Of a DNA stretch of 51,061 bases, positions 48,631 to 51,061 are shown piece by piece (positions within the stretch are counted from its first letter, which is position 1; the number at the start of each line of letters is the position of its first letter). The stretch is from Chromera velia. Lineage: Eukaryota. The stretch covers positions 1-51,061 of the forward strand of contig JAHBMJ010000302.1 of assembly GCA_018398765.1 (NCBI GenBank), read 5' to 3'. The translations under genes and the position numbers were made by a program. The notes below the pieces were generated by a model that worked only from the letters and a program-made list of their open reading frames with translations, was not told the origin of the DNA and searched no databases.

Positions 48631-50022
48631 ATGACACCCTTTCCTCCTCTCTGCTCCTCTCCTCCTCCACCTGGCCTCGGTTTTCCCTCCTGCTGGGATG
48701 GGCTTTTTGGGGAGGATGTTATTAAGAAGCCTTGGTTGGTCAGCAGAGGAAAGAGAAGTATGGGGAAGGGAAGAAACCTTTTGGAGGGGGGGCCGGGAAT
48801 GAAAAAAGGAAGAAACGCATTCGAAGTGCTTGCCCCAGAGAATGAAGAACTCCCTTTTTCCTCTCCTGTTCCTTCCTCCTCCCTACCGTCTCCTCCTCCT
48901 GCTGCCCTCCCTCTGAGCTCTTACCCCCTACCGGCAGGCACCCTGCCGGCCAGGGATGGGTTAGAAATCTGTTCTCATTCCATCCGCCCCTTGTGCTCCT
49001 CTATTCCTCCCCCGGGTTTCTTACCGGCATGCTGGGATGGGTTGGCTTCAGATAAAGAAAAGCTATCTAGAAAGAAAGCTGCAGTAAAAAGAAGGTTCAT
49101 GAAGGCACAAAGGAAACTTCAAAGAAAGGAAAGAAGTCGTGCAATAGCCATGCAAGTAAAGGATGTTTCGCCTACAGAGGTCTCTTCTTGCCCACCCCCC
49201 TCCCCCTTCTCTCAGTTTGTTCTCAGTCAACCTTCCCACACAAGTCCCTCTGTTACAGCTAAGCCTTCTCCATCTTCTTTATCTATGCACGAAGGTGATG
49301 TCACTTCTTCTCCTTCTTCTTCTTTTCCCCCTTCTTCTTCCCCCTCTGAAGTGAAAGACGTAAAGAGTGAGGAGGAGACGAAGATTGAACAAACGGACGG
49401 TGTACAGTGTGAAAACCCGACGACCTCTGTTTCCTTTCTTCCCACCCATTCCGTCCCTAACTCCTTGGAGGCTCAAGGCCCCCTTTCGCTAAGGCTGTCG
49501 AATTTGTTTTTCTCCTCTATATGCATCTATTCTCCTCCATGCATGCAGCTCTCCCCGGTTGTGCCTCCCTGCCCTCCTCCTATCTCTTCCCTTCCTGCGA
49601 CTCCCTCCTCTCAAGATCTTCCTCCTCATTCTCCTCCAACACCACCTCCTCCACCTGAACCTCCTCTAGTCCCTCCGATCTTTTTCCCTATTTCTTTTGC
49701 CCCAAGTTTTTCTGCTTTGATCACAAATCGCTGCACTCCTCCTGTCCCATCTGTTATGTTCAACCATGAAGCTCGACATTCTGGACATCCGTTGCACCAC
49801 TTCCTTTCCCGCCCTCCGCCAATAGTTCCACCCACTATCTTTGGTTGTCAGCCTGCTTCTAGCCCTCTTCGCACTCTCAAGTGTCCAACGTTTGTCCGTC
49901 CCACACCGCTTTGTTCGGTTCCGTCTCGAGTGAAAGTGCTGTACAAATTGTTCTACTCTGAGTCCGCAAAGGAGGAATCTAGGGAGGAATCTTCGCCACC
50001 CACTGAGGCATCTCCCACGTAA
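48631..50022 (+). CDS. Intronless Pro/Ser-rich ORF (463 aa), probably repeat-derived
   Basis: Open from an ATG, with a duplicated PPPGxxxxCWDGL motif and a basic helix. Low complexity and no recognisable domain. Confidence 0.3.
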   Translation: MTPFPPLCSSPPPPGLGFPSCWDGLFGEDVIKKPWLVSRGKRSMGKGRNLLEGGPGMKKGRNAFEVLAPENEELPFSSPVPSSSLPSPPPAALPLSSYPLPAGTLPARDGLEICSHSIRPLCSSIPPPGFLPACWDGLASDKEKLSRKKAAVKRRFMKAQRKLQRKERSRAIAMQVKDVSPTEVSSCPPPSPFSQFVLSQPSHTSPSVTAKPSPSSLSMHEGDVTSSPSSSFPPSSSPSEVKDVKSEEETKIEQTDGVQCENPTTSVSFLPTHSVPNSLEAQGPLSLRLSNLFFSSICIYSPPCMQLSPVVPPCPPPISSLPATPSSQDLPPHSPPTPPPPPEPPLVPPIFFPISFAPSFSALITNRCTPPVPSVMFNHEARHSGHPLHHFLSRPPPIVPPTIFGCQPASSPLRTLKCPTFVRPTPLCSVPSRVKVLYKLFYSESAKEESREESSPPTEASPT

Positions 50023-50059
50023 ACGTCTTGTCCCTCTCCCTCTCTCTCCACTTCCCCTT

Positions 50060-50751
50060 CTTCAGAAGACAAATGTGAGGTGGGAATGAACGACGAACAC
50101 GGAAAGCAAGAGATTTAGGGAGTCGGTTCTTTCTCTTCTTTTTCTGCTTCTTCTTCTCCTTTTCCTTGCCTTTCTGCTTCTTCTTCTCCTCCCTTTTCTT
50201 TTTCTCATTCCTCTCCTGGAAAGTTCGTTGGAAGCACTTTGCTGGACAAAGGTGAAAACGAAATGAACGACAGACACAGAAAACAGGCGAAAATTGAACA
50301 AGGGACAGACGCAGTGAGCAGGGGGCCCGATGGAATCGCCAAGGATGTGAACGGAACGAACGACGGACACGGGAACCAGGGGAGTGAGGAAGGTGGCTGC
50401 CTCTTTATTTCTCCTTCTTCTTCTGCTTCTTCTTTTTCTTTGTCTCCTTCCTCCCCTTCTCCTTCGTCTCTCACTAAGCCTTCTTCTCCTGGGGAGTCCA
50501 ATAGAAATGCCATGAAAGAGAAGGGTGAAAGCGGAACGAACGACAGACACATGGAGTAGGGAAGTAAGGGAGGTGGCTCTTCCAGTGGCTCTTTTTCCTC
50601 TTCTTCTCTTTCTGCCTCTTCTTCTTCTTCCTCTTCCTCTTCCTCCTCCTCCGTATCACGCCCCAAAGCACCGACCCTTCAGAATGAGGAGCAAAGAAAG
50701 CAAAAAAGCGAGAGGAACGCTTCGCCTTCCCTTTCTTCTTCTTCTTCTTCT

Positions 50752-50798
<47 letters not shown>

Positions 50799-51061
50799 TT
50801 CTTCTTCTTCCTTTTCTTCTTCTTCTTCTTCTTCTTTTTCTTCTTCTTCTTCTTCTTCTTCTTCTTCTTCTTCTTCTTCTTTATCTTCTTCTTCTTCTCT
50901 TGCTCTCTTTTCTTCTTCCTCTTCCCCCGGACCTGGTGTGGGAAGGAACGTGGGTGGGAACAGACAGGGAGGGGGGAGGGGGGCAAGGCCAGGCCACCGG
51001 GTAGACCCTTCTCTTTCTTTTTCCCCCTCTTCTTCTTCTTCTTCTTCTTCTTCTTCTTCCT
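50060..51061. repeat. Degenerate tandem repeats (GAACGAC[A/G]GACAC-containing units) and long (CTT)n tracts
   Basis: Motif recurs near 50089, 50266, 50358 and 50538. (CTT)n lies at about 50733-50900 and 51030-51061. Confidence 0.85.

Noticed and set aside
50474..51004. Poly-Lys and poly-Leu ORFs
   Set aside because: Translations of the (CTT)n microsatellite.
1..51061. tRNA, rRNA or other structured ncRNA genes
   Set aside because: None recognised by eye. The only tRNA-related sequence is the PBS at 30615-30624. A tRNAscan-SE/Infernal run would be needed to exclude them.

Overview
Eukaryotic genomic DNA with GT-AG spliceosomal introns, dense microsatellites and four N gaps. Recurrent TGCATGCA octamers and the gene style suggest an apicomplexan relative such as a chromerid (inference, not verified). 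Host genes: a secreted multi-exon GMC oxidoreductase (13510-19564 +), a membrane protein with a Pro-rich segment and an 11-residue Trp/Cys repeat array (21321-25068 -), a SdiA-regulated/YjiK-like type I membrane protein (40042-41511 -) divergent from a TVP38/TMEM64 (DedA/VTT) gene (42075-45728 +), and poorly defined spliced genes at about 7.3-12.6 kb and 25.7-26.6 kb. The 27.0-39.3 kb region is a nested transposon cluster: a fold-back MITE, a TIR element carrying a 3.08-kb non-autonomous LTR retroelement with non-canonical CG...CG termini (iMet PBS, PPT, 5-bp TSD), a MITE within a MITE, stacked (ATCA)n-tailed retroposon ends, and a full-length but decayed Ty1/copia element with TA...CA LTRs and an AGGGC TSD. 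Differences between repeat copies are almost all transitions and are enriched for CpA/TpG to TpA, a RIP-like signature. All alignments and counts were done by eye and need computational confirmation.
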